DNA of 64,000 nt from Candidatus Saccharimonadia bacterium (GCA_035544015.1 DATKIP010000076.1:256299-320298); one strand, 5' to 3'; numbered from the stretch's first letter, positions 9,958 to 19,391 are shown. Notes: generated from the sequence alone by a model not told the origin. Numbers and translations are program-made.

Positions 9958-11029
9958 ATTCTTTCAAGGTCCGGTTCCATCGCAGCCCCTCCGCCGACGC
10001 GAACCCCCGCGACACCATTTCCGGTAATGAGGAGTAGCGGTCGTAGAATTCATCAATGCCCCGAACCAGACCTGTCGCCGTCGGCTCCACGATAATCCCC
10101 ACCTTTTGGATGTGATCTGCCACCCCGATCACGTCCGTGCCGATAATCGGTATCCGGGCTGCCATCGCCTCAAACAACACGAGAGGCTGGGCCTCGTAGA
10201 GCGAAGGCATGATGAGCGCATCGCACGCTTCATAAAATCGCATCACTTCCTGTCGTTTGAGCCGGCCGTGCACGGTCACATTCCCTAGGCCGTAATCCGC
10301 AATGAAGCCGTCTATCACGGCCCGCTCTTCACCGTCGCCCACGATATCTAAATGCACGCTCCGTTTGGTCTTACGCAGAGCCTCCAGCAGCACCGGAACA
10401 TTTTTTTGTTTACTAAGCCGTCCCACAAACAGGAGGTGCAGGATGTTGGGTGGCTGGGGAGCAAATGGCAAACGCTCCAAAGTAAAGTAAACCTCATCTA
10501 TCCCATTGTGCATCACGCGGGCACGCTTGCAGCCATACGTCCTACGAACCATGCGCAGGGTTTGCTCATTGAGGGTGACCACCATGGCCGCCGACCTCAG
10601 TACGCGTCCCAGTACCAGGCGTTTATAGAGCGGCAGCAAGAGGCCCGCCGGCCCCGAGGGTTCAAAATCAATATGCAACTGAGCGATGTACCGAAAGCGA
10701 CGCAGCTTCGAAACCAGCCATACCATTTCTGGCGTAAAAGCCTGGCCGATATGCAGGTGCACGACGCTACCCGCTCGAGCCGCACGAAAAAGCCCAATGG
10801 GAAACCAAGGCATGATCGGCGCATGCCCAAACACGACGCCGCCAAACCGCGTTACCCGCACGCCGTCTTCCAGGCTCGTGCCTGCCGCGCCTCCGCCCGC
10901 GGTTGAAGTCAGCACATCCACCTGGTGGTCGCGGGCGAGCTGCGTGGCCAAATCATGCACCGCATTTTCTTGCCCACCCAGATGGGGAGGGTAGTACGAG
11001 CTTACCTGAACAATATGCTCCGCCCTCAT
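9923..11029 (-). CDS. Glycosyltransferase family 4
   Basis: YYPPHLGGQE, FVGRLSKQKN, EAQPLVLFEAMA (EX7E). Confidence 0.9.
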   Translation of the reverse strand: MRAEHIVQVSSYYPPHLGGQENAVHDLATQLARDHQVDVLTSTAGGGAAGTSLEDGVRVTRFGGVVFGHAPIMPWFPIGLFRAARAGSVVHLHIGQAFTPEMVWLVSKLRRFRYIAQLHIDFEPSGPAGLLLPLYKRLVLGRVLRSAAMVVTLNEQTLRMVRRTYGCKRARVMHNGIDEVYFTLERLPFAPQPPNILHLLFVGRLSKQKNVPVLLEALRKTKRSVHLDIVGDGEERAVIDGFIADYGLGNVTVHGRLKRQEVMRFYEACDALIMPSLYEAQPLVLFEAMAARIPIIGTDVIGVADHIQKVGIIVEPTATGLVRGIDEFYDRYSSLPEMVSRGFASAEGLRWNRTLKEYEDLYEEILGD

Positions 11030-11586
11030 ACGACACTCCCGTAGATCGCTTCGGCCGATTGCGCGATCAAAGGCCAGGCGTATTTTTTCGACTCCTCGTA
11101 GCCCTTGGCCGCTACTCGCGAGCTCGATTCATGGTCGGTCATGCACCGTCTCATAGCCTGCATGAGCGAGCGCTCATCGCCCGGCGACACGATATAGGCT
11201 GCCTCGAAATCTGGCGATACCTCGTGCAAAATACCCACCGGCGTTATGATCACCGGCACCGTTGCCGCCCAAGCCTCCAGGAGGGTCAGCGGCGTCGTCT
11301 CGTAGAGCGACGGAAATACGGCCGCATCGGTCCGCGAAAGCATCGTCCTCACCTCGCTCGGGTCCTTACGCCCCACCAAGAGCACCACGTCCTCGACGCG
11401 CAGTTCGCGCGCCAGATCAAGCAGGGCGTCATATTGCGAGCCGTCGCCGATAATTACCACCCGGAACACTCCCGGCAGCTCCCCGATGAGGAGCGCTGCG
11501 GCTCGAATCAGATACTCGCACCCCTTTTGGCGCTCAAGGCGGCCGATCGACAAAAAGGTATAAACCTCCGATTTCACTGACATCAT
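11026..11586 (-). CDS. GT4 C-terminal nucleotide-sugar-binding half (split or frameshifted gene)
   Basis: IGRLERQKG, ETTPLTLLEAWA. Lacks the N-domain, which is encoded by the upstream ORF. Confidence 0.7.
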   Translation of the reverse strand: MMSVKSEVYTFLSIGRLERQKGCEYLIRAAALLIGELPGVFRVVIIGDGSQYDALLDLARELRVEDVVLLVGRKDPSEVRTMLSRTDAAVFPSLYETTPLTLLEAWAATVPVIITPVGILHEVSPDFEAAYIVSPGDERSLMQAMRRCMTDHESSSRVAAKGYEESKKYAWPLIAQSAEAIYGSVV

Positions 11587-12134
11587 CTTCCCCGCCAGAA
11601 TGCGAGATCCACACCGTTAGGCAGCAGTACGGTTTGGACAAGTCCTGCAGCCTGCAGCTTCGCCACGTCATAACTATTAGGCGCCGTGGCCGAGCGCAGA
11701 TGAGCCGCGCGCGCGAGCCATAGTTCAGATTTTCGACGGAGCGCCGACTGGGTCGCATCGTAGAACGTTACGATATGAAAGGTATGAACCATGGGAATCC
11801 CGTACAACCGGGCCGCAAACGAAACAAAAAAAGCCATATCTATCGAGTGCGTGTGGATCACATCCGGCCGCTCTCTCCGCAAAATACCAAACATCCCCAG
11901 AGATAAAATCACCAGAGACACCAGCCGTTTCGGGGTGATCGAATCAAGGCTGGCCGGAGTATCCTTCATCCCAATCTTGTAGATATGCCGACCCTTAAGT
12001 ATTTCGTTGCAATTTGATGTCACCACCGCTACGTCGTGGCCGGCCGCTTGCTGCTGACGTCGCAAATTGGATACCACTACCGCGTCGCCGCCCAGCGCAT
12101 CGGGATACTTCTTGCAGACATGCAGAATATTCAT
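11583..12134 (-). CDS. GT4 N-terminal acceptor-binding half (split or frameshifted gene)
   Basis: MNILHV..YPDALGG, RPDVIHTH, ends just after LPNGVD. ATG overlaps the upstream stop (ATGA). Confidence 0.7.
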   Translation of the reverse strand: MNILHVCKKYPDALGGDAVVVSNLRRQQQAAGHDVAVVTSNCNEILKGRHIYKIGMKDTPASLDSITPKRLVSLVILSLGMFGILRRERPDVIHTHSIDMAFFVSFAARLYGIPMVHTFHIVTFYDATQSALRRKSELWLARAAHLRSATAPNSYDVAKLQAAGLVQTVLLPNGVDLAFWRGR

Positions 12135-13987
12135 AGCATGTATGCCTCCACTTGTTTTTTGGCCAGCTGGTTCCAATCGTATTCAGCTACCGGCATCGAG
12201 ATAATCGGCTTACTGGCGAAGGAGATCCAGTACAAAATCGCCTCGCTCAGTGCCCGAGGAGAGAGCACAACCTTGCTCCCATTCAGGCCCTCCTGTATGA
12301 AATGGCGCGCCGCATTGCCGGGGCTATCGATCGTAACGACCGGCGTGCCACACCCTAAGGCCTCGAGCGAGGTAATTCCAAAACCCTCGCGGGTCGACGG
12401 CGAACAAAAAACCCGAGCAGCTTTCATGTAGCCGTACACTTCCGACGCCTCGGGTAGAGAATCCAAGAACGTAATGTTCTTTTCCAGCTTCCGTTTCGTA
12501 ACCTCCTGCTTCAAGCGAGGCTTCTCCAGCCCGTCGCCAATTATCAGGCAAGACACTTCAGGATGGTGTTGCCGAATAATATCCACCGCCGCAATCAGTT
12601 CATCGACGTTTTTGTCTTTCACGAGCCTCCCCACATACAGCGCGTCCACACGAATGGGGCTCGTTCGCACAGCCCTCAGGAGCGAAGCATCAATGCCGGA
12701 GGCCACCAGGTTGACGCGCCGACTGCGCCCGTGAATAGTCTCAAGGAGCTCCTTGGTGTGGGCCGATGCGGCGGTGATGTGGTGAGGCAGGCGAATGCTG
12801 AGCCGTTCAACCCCCGCGGCCACAAATCCACCCATCCCCATGTAGTTGACCCACTCCTGGTAGGTGAGTGCCTCATGCCAGGTAGCCGACAGATTGCGAC
12901 CGCGCAAGGTGCACACAATCCAGGCCGTGAAAATCGGGAAAAACGGCATATGGTCCACATCGAGCACATCAAACTGAACCCGAAAGAGCTTAAAGCACGC
13001 CAAGCCAAACCCTATACCCTCCCGGATCGTCCGGCGGTCCCCATGGTACATCTCGTAATATTTACTCAACGCGTGCAAGTGCACCCCGAATTCCATCCGA
13101 GTCTTAGCGGGTTCATTCCACCAGTGCATGGTATAGATGTGAACGTCATACCCCATGAGCGCCAATCGCTTGGTGATTTCATGCAGGCGCTTTTCTTTTC
13201 CGCCCTTCATATAGGGATAAATCGCATCGCTTACAAATACGATCTTCCGCCCTTCGGGTACCGCCGGGGGGCGCCAGGCCAAGTTCCGCATGAACATGAG
13301 CAGAATACGCGAGCCATCTCTTAGCGGATGCAAATGAGACGCCCCTGCGCGCGGGTGGTAGCTTATCGGAACCGATGCCATCCGATGCCGGAGCCGAGCC
13401 ATTTTGGTGATCATCTCCATCTCGATAGCAAAATCGGTACTTTTAACATGCGGCTCCAGGGCATCGAGTGCCACCTTCTTCCAGGCAAAATATCCCGTGA
13501 GCACATCGGTTACGTTCGCGCCGTACAACACGCGCACAGCGGTCGTGAAGACCCGATTGCCGAACCGGTTAAATCTGCTCATCGCCGTGCTCTGAATCCG
13601 ACCGCCGAGTCTCGAACCCACTACCACATCGCAGAAGTCACTCCGCAATGGCTCTATCACGCGCAGAATTTCCCCAGGGCTATACGTGTCGTCGCCATCG
13701 AGCATCACAACATACTCGGAGTCGGGGGAAACCGTTCGAAATCCGGCTCGCAGGGCATTGCCCTTGCCCTTTTTCGATTCGTGAATCACCGTGGCGCCAG
13801 CTTCTCGCGCAATTTCGGCCGTATTATCAGAAGAGCCATTATCAACGACGAGTATCTCGAGCTGTACGCCATGCCGGGCTAGCTCGTCGAGGGGGAATTT
13901 GGCTATCACATGGCCGATACTGGCCGCCTCGTTATGGCACGGAATCACCACCGCCACTTTGGTAGACTTCGTATCACTTGGTCGCAT
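12131..13987 (-). CDS. Fused GT2 (DPM1-like polyprenol-phosphate glycosyltransferase) + GT4
   Basis: N-half: VVIPCHNEA, VDNGSSD, LDGDDTY, DVLTGY. C-half: YPYMKGGKE, VGRLVKDKN, EGFGITSLEAL. Confidence 0.9.
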   Translation of the reverse strand: MRPSDTKSTKVAVVIPCHNEAASIGHVIAKFPLDELARHGVQLEILVVDNGSSDNTAEIAREAGATVIHESKKGKGNALRAGFRTVSPDSEYVVMLDGDDTYSPGEILRVIEPLRSDFCDVVVGSRLGGRIQSTAMSRFNRFGNRVFTTAVRVLYGANVTDVLTGYFAWKKVALDALEPHVKSTDFAIEMEMITKMARLRHRMASVPISYHPRAGASHLHPLRDGSRILLMFMRNLAWRPPAVPEGRKIVFVSDAIYPYMKGGKEKRLHEITKRLALMGYDVHIYTMHWWNEPAKTRMEFGVHLHALSKYYEMYHGDRRTIREGIGFGLACFKLFRVQFDVLDVDHMPFFPIFTAWIVCTLRGRNLSATWHEALTYQEWVNYMGMGGFVAAGVERLSIRLPHHITAASAHTKELLETIHGRSRRVNLVASGIDASLLRAVRTSPIRVDALYVGRLVKDKNVDELIAAVDIIRQHHPEVSCLIIGDGLEKPRLKQEVTKRKLEKNITFLDSLPEASEVYGYMKAARVFCSPSTREGFGITSLEALGCGTPVVTIDSPGNAARHFIQEGLNGSKVVLSPRALSEAILYWISFASKPIISMPVAEYDWNQLAKKQVEAYML

Positions 13988-14537
13988 GGTGCACCTTGTC
14001 GCTCAAAACGGCACGAGTAGCTTCGACCCAATAATGAATCGATTGCGTTTGCGGGGTGGGACGGCTGTCCCCAAAGGCAATACCCTCATAGCTCAAAGAA
14101 ACCTTGATGAGCGTTCGCTTTCGAGGCGAAGGCACCGCGATAACTTGCTCAGTCACCTTCGATTGCCCGTGCGCCAGCATAATCGACCCACTCCCCAGCG
14201 TCTTCCCGGTCTGCTCGTCTGCCGCCAGAGATGTAAGTTCGTAGCGATACGCTGTCGATCGGTGCTCGAGATTATGCACCGTAAACGCCACGGTTTGCGT
14301 CGAACCGGGCTTCGGCGCAGTCGATAGGCGAAGGTAATCAGCAAAATATAATTCCGTGAATCTTTGAGGGCGAGGCACCAGGTGCCAAGCGTCTGCCTGC
14401 TCCGCCAGCGCCGATCGGCTCAAAAAAACCACGCAGCCCAAACCAAGCAGAACGCCGACGATCAGAAAACCAAAAAATCTTTTAACCAGCTTGGTAATAG
14501 TGAGGCCTCCTCCATTATCGTGTATCCGTAGCTGCAC
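13974..14537 (-). CDS. DUF1616-like single-TM protein with Ig-like extracellular domain
   Basis: TM segment followed by RFTELYF...FTVHNLE...YRY motif. First gene of the operon. Start uncertain. Confidence 0.55.
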   Translation of the reverse strand: MQLRIHDNGGGLTITKLVKRFFGFLIVGVLLGLGCVVFLSRSALAEQADAWHLVPRPQRFTELYFADYLRLSTAPKPGSTQTVAFTVHNLEHRSTAYRYELTSLAADEQTGKTLGSGSIMLAHGQSKVTEQVIAVPSPRKRTLIKVSLSYEGIAFGDSRPTPQTQSIHYWVEATRAVLSDKVHHATK

Positions 14538-14670
14538 GTAACAATGTAGAAGAAGGATGTGATGTGAGTATTAACTTGGAGGTCTGGGTAGGCCGCCCCC
14601 CGATCCGGTTTCATAATATCGTCAACAAAAGTTGCTATAATCCCGACAGTTCAGAAAGGACAGTCATGTT

Positions 14671-15852
14671 ATGCGAGCACACGTTCGGTTATTGAAAACC
14701 GGTATGTATTGGGGGCTGATGCTCAGTCTCGTGATCTTTGAGCTCGCCACAGTGCCGCCGGTGCAGGCCGCCACGAGAGACGAAGTCGGTATCGCCACCG
14801 GTGCCACGCTTCTGCGAATGAACGACAAGGACCTCGATAGCCGGCTAGCCGACATTGAAAGGCTGGGAGCCACCTGGATCCGAGTCGACTTCAGCTGGCC
14901 GGCCATTCAACCCGAAGGGCCGACCATCTACCACTGGAAAATGTATGATCGCGTGGTGCGCGTGGCCGGTGTGCACCACCTCAAAATCCTGGCCGTCCTA
15001 GACTACACGGCGCCCTGGGCCGCGGAGCCCCGCTGCGCCACTTTGGTCATCACCAAAGCCGCGGCCCAAAAATGCAACCCCCAAAGCAACGCTGCCTTCG
15101 CCCGATTTGCTCGGACGGCCGCCATTCGATATAAGCACCAGAGCATACGCGCCTGGGAGATCTGGAACGAGCCAAATCTAAGCTCCTATTGGAAAACCGC
15201 CCGCCGCAACAAAACCGTATATTACGACCCACGAGCCTACGCCGCCCTGGCCAATGCCGCCGCGCGCGAAATTCGTCACAACAGCCCGGGCACCCTTGTC
15301 GTCACCGGCGGCCTCGCCCCGATGTTTGAGCCAAAATTTCCCAAAGGCATGCGCCAAAGCGATTTTCTGGCCCAAATGCTCCCGTATCTGAATCCCAAAT
15401 TATTTGATGCCGTAGGTGTCCACCCCTATAGCTGGCCGGTGCCACCCGCCCGGGCCGTCAGCTACAATGCGTTTTACACGGTTGATCAAGGTCGACCCAA
15501 AGACAACCTCCGCACCATCATGGCCAGAGCCGGCTGGGGTAACAAGCAAATTTGGGGCACGGAGTATGGCGCGCCCACAACGGGCGCGCGTGCGGTAGCC
15601 CAGCCGACGAAGCGAAACCGACCCGATCACGTCACTGAAGCGAGCCAAGCCCAAATAGTCAAACAAGGCCTGGATATCTGGTATGACAAGGCCAATGTGG
15701 GACCACTCTTCGTGCATTCCGATTCAGATCAATGGCTACCCACTAGCCACAAGAACGAAGACGGCTTTGGCCTCCGGCGCAGTGACGGCTCAAAAAAGCC
15801 CGCCTATGATGCCTTCCGCACTGTTGCCCAGCAGGTGCAGGGGCGCTACTAG
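14671..15852 (+). CDS. Secreted clan GH-A glycoside hydrolase (GH5/GH39-like)
   Basis: Signal peptide, WIRVDFSW, WEIWNEPN (acid/base), HPY, IWGTEYG (nucleophile). Confidence 0.85.
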   Translation: MRAHVRLLKTGMYWGLMLSLVIFELATVPPVQAATRDEVGIATGATLLRMNDKDLDSRLADIERLGATWIRVDFSWPAIQPEGPTIYHWKMYDRVVRVAGVHHLKILAVLDYTAPWAAEPRCATLVITKAAAQKCNPQSNAAFARFARTAAIRYKHQSIRAWEIWNEPNLSSYWKTARRNKTVYYDPRAYAALANAAAREIRHNSPGTLVVTGGLAPMFEPKFPKGMRQSDFLAQMLPYLNPKLFDAVGVHPYSWPVPPARAVSYNAFYTVDQGRPKDNLRTIMARAGWGNKQIWGTEYGAPTTGARAVAQPTKRNRPDHVTEASQAQIVKQGLDIWYDKANVGPLFVHSDSDQWLPTSHKNEDGFGLRRSDGSKKPAYDAFRTVAQQVQGRY

Positions 15853-15901
15853 TGTCGGCAGCCGCTCCCGAGGACATCATAAATGATTTACAATACAGAC
15901 A

Positions 15902-16936
15902 ATGAAAATCCTCACCGTCGAAACCCTCGCCACGCTCATCGGCCGCCACGGCCTCGATGCCTACCTTACCGACCTCATGCGGGCCCTGGAGCGCGATTTT
16001 GGGCGCTGGGCACAATTCACCCAAATGCCGCGCCCCGCCATGCATGTGCCTGGCGGTGTGCTCGAGCTCATGCCGGTCTGCGACGGCACCTACTACACCT
16101 ATAAATACGTCAACTGCCATCCCAAAAATCCCGAGCTCGGGCTTCAGACCGTGGTCGCCACAGGCCAGCTCTCGCGCATCGATACCGGCTACCCGCTCCT
16201 GTACAGCGAAATGACGCTCCTCACCGCCCTGCGCACCGCCGCCACCTCGGCGCTCGTCACCAACCTGATGGCGCGCCCAGACGCGTCCATCCTAGCCATT
16301 ATCGGCACCGGCGCGCAAAGTGAATTTCAGGTGCAGGCCGCGCAGCTGGTGCGCAATCTTACCAGCGTGCGCTATTTCGACATCGATCCCGCGGCTATGG
16401 ATAAGTTCGAGCGCAACCTGGCCGGGTCGCCGCTGCGGCTGGTGCGTTGCCACAGCGCCGAGGAGGCCACCGCTGGCGCCGACATCGTGACCGTCTGCAC
16501 CGCCTGCAAGGCGCACGTCGACGTCATCAAAAACGATTGGATCAAGCCCGGCGTGCACATCAATGGCCTGGGCGGCGACTGCCCCGGCAAGACCGAGCTG
16601 GAGGCGACCCTACTGCCCCGATGTCGCATCGTAGTAGAGTATTTCGACCAATCGTTTATAGAGGGAGAGATACAGCGATTTAGCCTCCCTGAAGCCAAAA
16701 AAGCCGTACTGGGCGAACTCCACGAGCTCATTACCGGCGCCAAATCCGGCCGCCAACACGATGACGACATCACCTTGTTTGATTCGGTCGGCATCGGCCT
16801 GGAAGATTACTCCGCGCTGCGGCTCACCTACGAACTAACCGAGCGCTATGGACTCGGCGAGGAGCACAATTTCACACCCTCGCTAGCCGATCCCAAGGAT
16901 CTCATGGCCGTTGTGCGCGCCGCCCCAGACGCCTAG
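15902..16936 (+). CDS. ocd: Ornithine cyclodeaminase
   Basis: GVLELMP, KYVNCHPKN, TALRTAATS, IGTGAQSEFQ, GGDCPGKTEL, FDSVG..LED. Confidence 0.9.
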   Translation: MKILTVETLATLIGRHGLDAYLTDLMRALERDFGRWAQFTQMPRPAMHVPGGVLELMPVCDGTYYTYKYVNCHPKNPELGLQTVVATGQLSRIDTGYPLLYSEMTLLTALRTAATSALVTNLMARPDASILAIIGTGAQSEFQVQAAQLVRNLTSVRYFDIDPAAMDKFERNLAGSPLRLVRCHSAEEATAGADIVTVCTACKAHVDVIKNDWIKPGVHINGLGGDCPGKTELEATLLPRCRIVVEYFDQSFIEGEIQRFSLPEAKKAVLGELHELITGAKSGRQHDDDITLFDSVGIGLEDYSALRLTYELTERYGLGEEHNFTPSLADPKDLMAVVRAAPDA

Positions 16937-16959
16937 TAGCAGGTGGCACTAATAAATCT

Positions 16960-17240
16960 CTGAACCACGGTTCAATGACCTCAAGCGTCGCCGGCTGATT
17001 GGCGGGAATGACACGCCAAGCTATAGGGGTGAACGGGGATGACCACACTTGGGCAGGGCGCACGCGCAGTCGGGTTGATCAGACCCGGCAGACGGCGCCC
17101 TGCCCAAGGCGGGAGAGTTCGCGGGCGGTTCAGGCTGCAGTCCCTCGCCTTTCGCGAGCATTCGAAGCAAACGCAGACCATGGTAATAAAACTTCTGCCT
17201 TTGGCAAGGGGCTTACGCGCTCTCACGGCCAAGTCGGCCC
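16960..17240. ncRNA. Candidate structured non-coding RNA, family unrecognised
   Basis: About 280 nt with no credible CDS and several hairpins, including a perfect 14-bp stem 17048-17061/17095-17108. Confidence 0.35.
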
Positions 17241-17323
17241 AAAATGCTCAAATCCGCTCATAATGCTCGTGCTTATTGATCAAAGCGCTTGTAAACGCTA
17301 TATTAAGCCAAGAAGGCGACATT

Positions 17324-17590
17324 ATGGCGAAAAAATTAAAGCCCAAACCCAAACCGAAGCTGCATATTCGAGACTGGCTTATCATTGCGCTGTTTGTTGC
17401 GGTCGGGGCCACGAACATTGTGTGGTACCGCACCACCCAGGGGCTCAACATGAACGCCGAAAATGCTGCTAAAGGCTGGGCCTCCACCCAAACTCAAAAC
17501 GCGAAGCTCCAAATCTGTGTCGATCAGCCCTCCAAGCCGTGTTCACTCTCGAGCGCCCCGCAATCCGGATCATCCGCCACAGCCCACTAA
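17324..17590 (+). CDS. Small single-TM hypothetical protein
   Basis: Lys/Pro-rich N-terminus, one TM segment, C-terminal Cys pair, SD-like AAGG. Confidence 0.65.
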   Translation: MAKKLKPKPKPKLHIRDWLIIALFVAVGATNIVWYRTTQGLNMNAENAAKGWASTQTQNAKLQICVDQPSKPCSLSSAPQSGSSATAH

Positions 17591-17627
17591 AAAAGCGTAA
17601 GATGAGCATACATAACGAGGGCAGAGC

Positions 17628-18008
17628 ATGTTTAAAGACACCCACGCATTTAGCGGTTTTTCCGTGGACGATCAAGCGGCGGCCAAAAAGTTTTATAGCG
17701 AAACCCTAGGCATCGAAGTGCAAGAAGATCCCATGGGCCTATCGCTCAAGATAGCCGGCTCAAATCCAATTTTTGTGTACCCCAAAGACGACCACGTACC
17801 CGCCAGCTTCACCATTCTCAATTTCCCCGTCGACGACATCGACACGGCCGTGAAGGCGCTCAAGGCCAAAGGCGTTACGTTTGAACACTACGACGACCTG
17901 ACCGACGACGGCGACATCGCCCGAGGCCTCACCACTGGCCGCGGCCCCGACATTGCCTGGTTCAAGGACCCGGCCGGCAATGTGCTCGCGGTACTACAGC
18001 AAGACTAG
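17628..18008 (+). CDS. VOC/glyoxalase family protein
   Basis: AFSGFSVDD..AAKKFY, LNFPVDDID, AWFKDPAGN. Confidence 0.9.
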   Translation: MFKDTHAFSGFSVDDQAAAKKFYSETLGIEVQEDPMGLSLKIAGSNPIFVYPKDDHVPASFTILNFPVDDIDTAVKALKAKGVTFEHYDDLTDDGDIARGLTTGRGPDIAWFKDPAGNVLAVLQQD

Positions 18009-18023
18009 CGGTCGCGCCTTTCC

Positions 18024-18695
18024 CTACGTGTCATCGACCATATAACCGATCCCATAGGCTGTCTTGATCAGCGGCATCCCAAACGGCCGATCCACCTTAT
18101 CGCGCAGGTGCTTGATGTGTACGTCCACGGTATTATTCCAGCCCTCGGTGCCGGCCTCCCAGACGTGGTCGAGAATCATCGACCTCGTGAGGGCGTGTCC
18201 CTGATTGCTGATCAAATATTCCAAAATATCAAATTCTTTGCGTCGCAATGAAATGATCGTGCCCGAACGCGTCACCTGGCGCCGGGTCACATTCATGGTT
18301 AGGTCGCTGACTTTGATGATTTTTTCCTCATGCATCTCGCTGCTACGCCGCAGCAACGCCGCAATCCGAGCCCTGAGCTCATCACCGTTAAACGGCTTCG
18401 TAAGGAAGTCGTCAGCTCCGCAATTGAGCAATCGCACCGAGGTGGCTGAGTCCTTGCGGACCGTCAATATCAAGATCGGCGCCCCAACATTGGCACTACG
18501 GAGTGCGCGGCACACCTCAAACCCATCCATATCCGGCAGCCCCAAATCGAGCAAAATCAGTCCATACCGAATCAAACGCGCGCGCTCGATGCCCTCGTAC
18601 CCCGTGTCGGCCGAATCGACCACGTAGGTTGGAGCTAGTCTCGATTTCACACTGTCGAAGATAAGCTGATTATCGTCTATCAAGAGAATTTTCAT
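18024..18695 (-). CDS. OmpR/PhoB-family response regulator (no adjacent kinase)
   Basis: MKILLIDD, LLDLGLPDMDG, GADDFLTKPF, VDVHIKHLRDK, GIGY. Confidence 0.92.
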   Translation of the reverse strand: MKILLIDDNQLIFDSVKSRLAPTYVVDSADTGYEGIERARLIRYGLILLDLGLPDMDGFEVCRALRSANVGAPILILTVRKDSATSVRLLNCGADDFLTKPFNGDELRARIAALLRRSSEMHEEKIIKVSDLTMNVTRRQVTRSGTIISLRRKEFDILEYLISNQGHALTRSMILDHVWEAGTEGWNNTVDVHIKHLRDKVDRPFGMPLIKTAYGIGYMVDDT

Positions 18696-19391
18696 GACCG
18701 CCTAGAAATTAAACAAAGTTAACTAGGTATTGATAGAAATTGCATCATGAACATTACAAGGGAAAGATTAAATACGAAGTAATCACTCGACCTCAAAACC
18801 CCCCAGAAGGGCCAACCAGGAATTCCTCACAATCGACTTCTTTACTTCAAAGAGGCATTTAAAATGCTTGGTAGCTATGGTTGCAGAACGATCTGCGGCC
18901 TCGGTCGAATGGCGGTCGCCGCTACCCAAAACTTGCGAGGTCGGCCATCTCGCTCTTTCTGGCTATAGAAAGGTGAACGTTGAGGCCGACTCCACCTTTG
19001 ATAACCGCCGTAGCGGTGGGCCAGTCTCTCGCTCGACGCCCCGCGTGGCGACCCTACGCCCCTAGCCGGACAGCTAAAAAAAGGATAAGAGCGGCGTTTT
19101 TAGCATTATGACCAAAAATCTTCACCGACCCCAGCCGCTCCACTGTTCTGTGGCCGCTCCAACCCCAGTTTTGATCCATGGGAACTCCTCGCAACGCGAC
19201 ATTTGAGCAGGATCTCATCTGATCGGAGCGTCGATGTCGAATATCTGGCAATTGGCAATAGTCAAACTCCCAGAATAAGCCAATTGAGCCGACCACTTTA
19301 GGGCTCTGCTCGTCTCGGTAAAAATGAAAAAACGGAAAAATGAAAAAAGAATTAACCCCGCAATGAATATTCATTTGGTATACTAAGCTTC

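Noticed and set aside
16960-17240. tmRNA, RNase P RNA or SRP RNA
   Set aside because: No tRNA-like ends or stop-terminated tag frame, no GAGGAAAGUCC, no SRP GGAA-loop motif.
19054-19374. 106-aa minus-strand ORF
   Set aside because: No SD or -10 support, non-protein-like composition, no recognisable motif.
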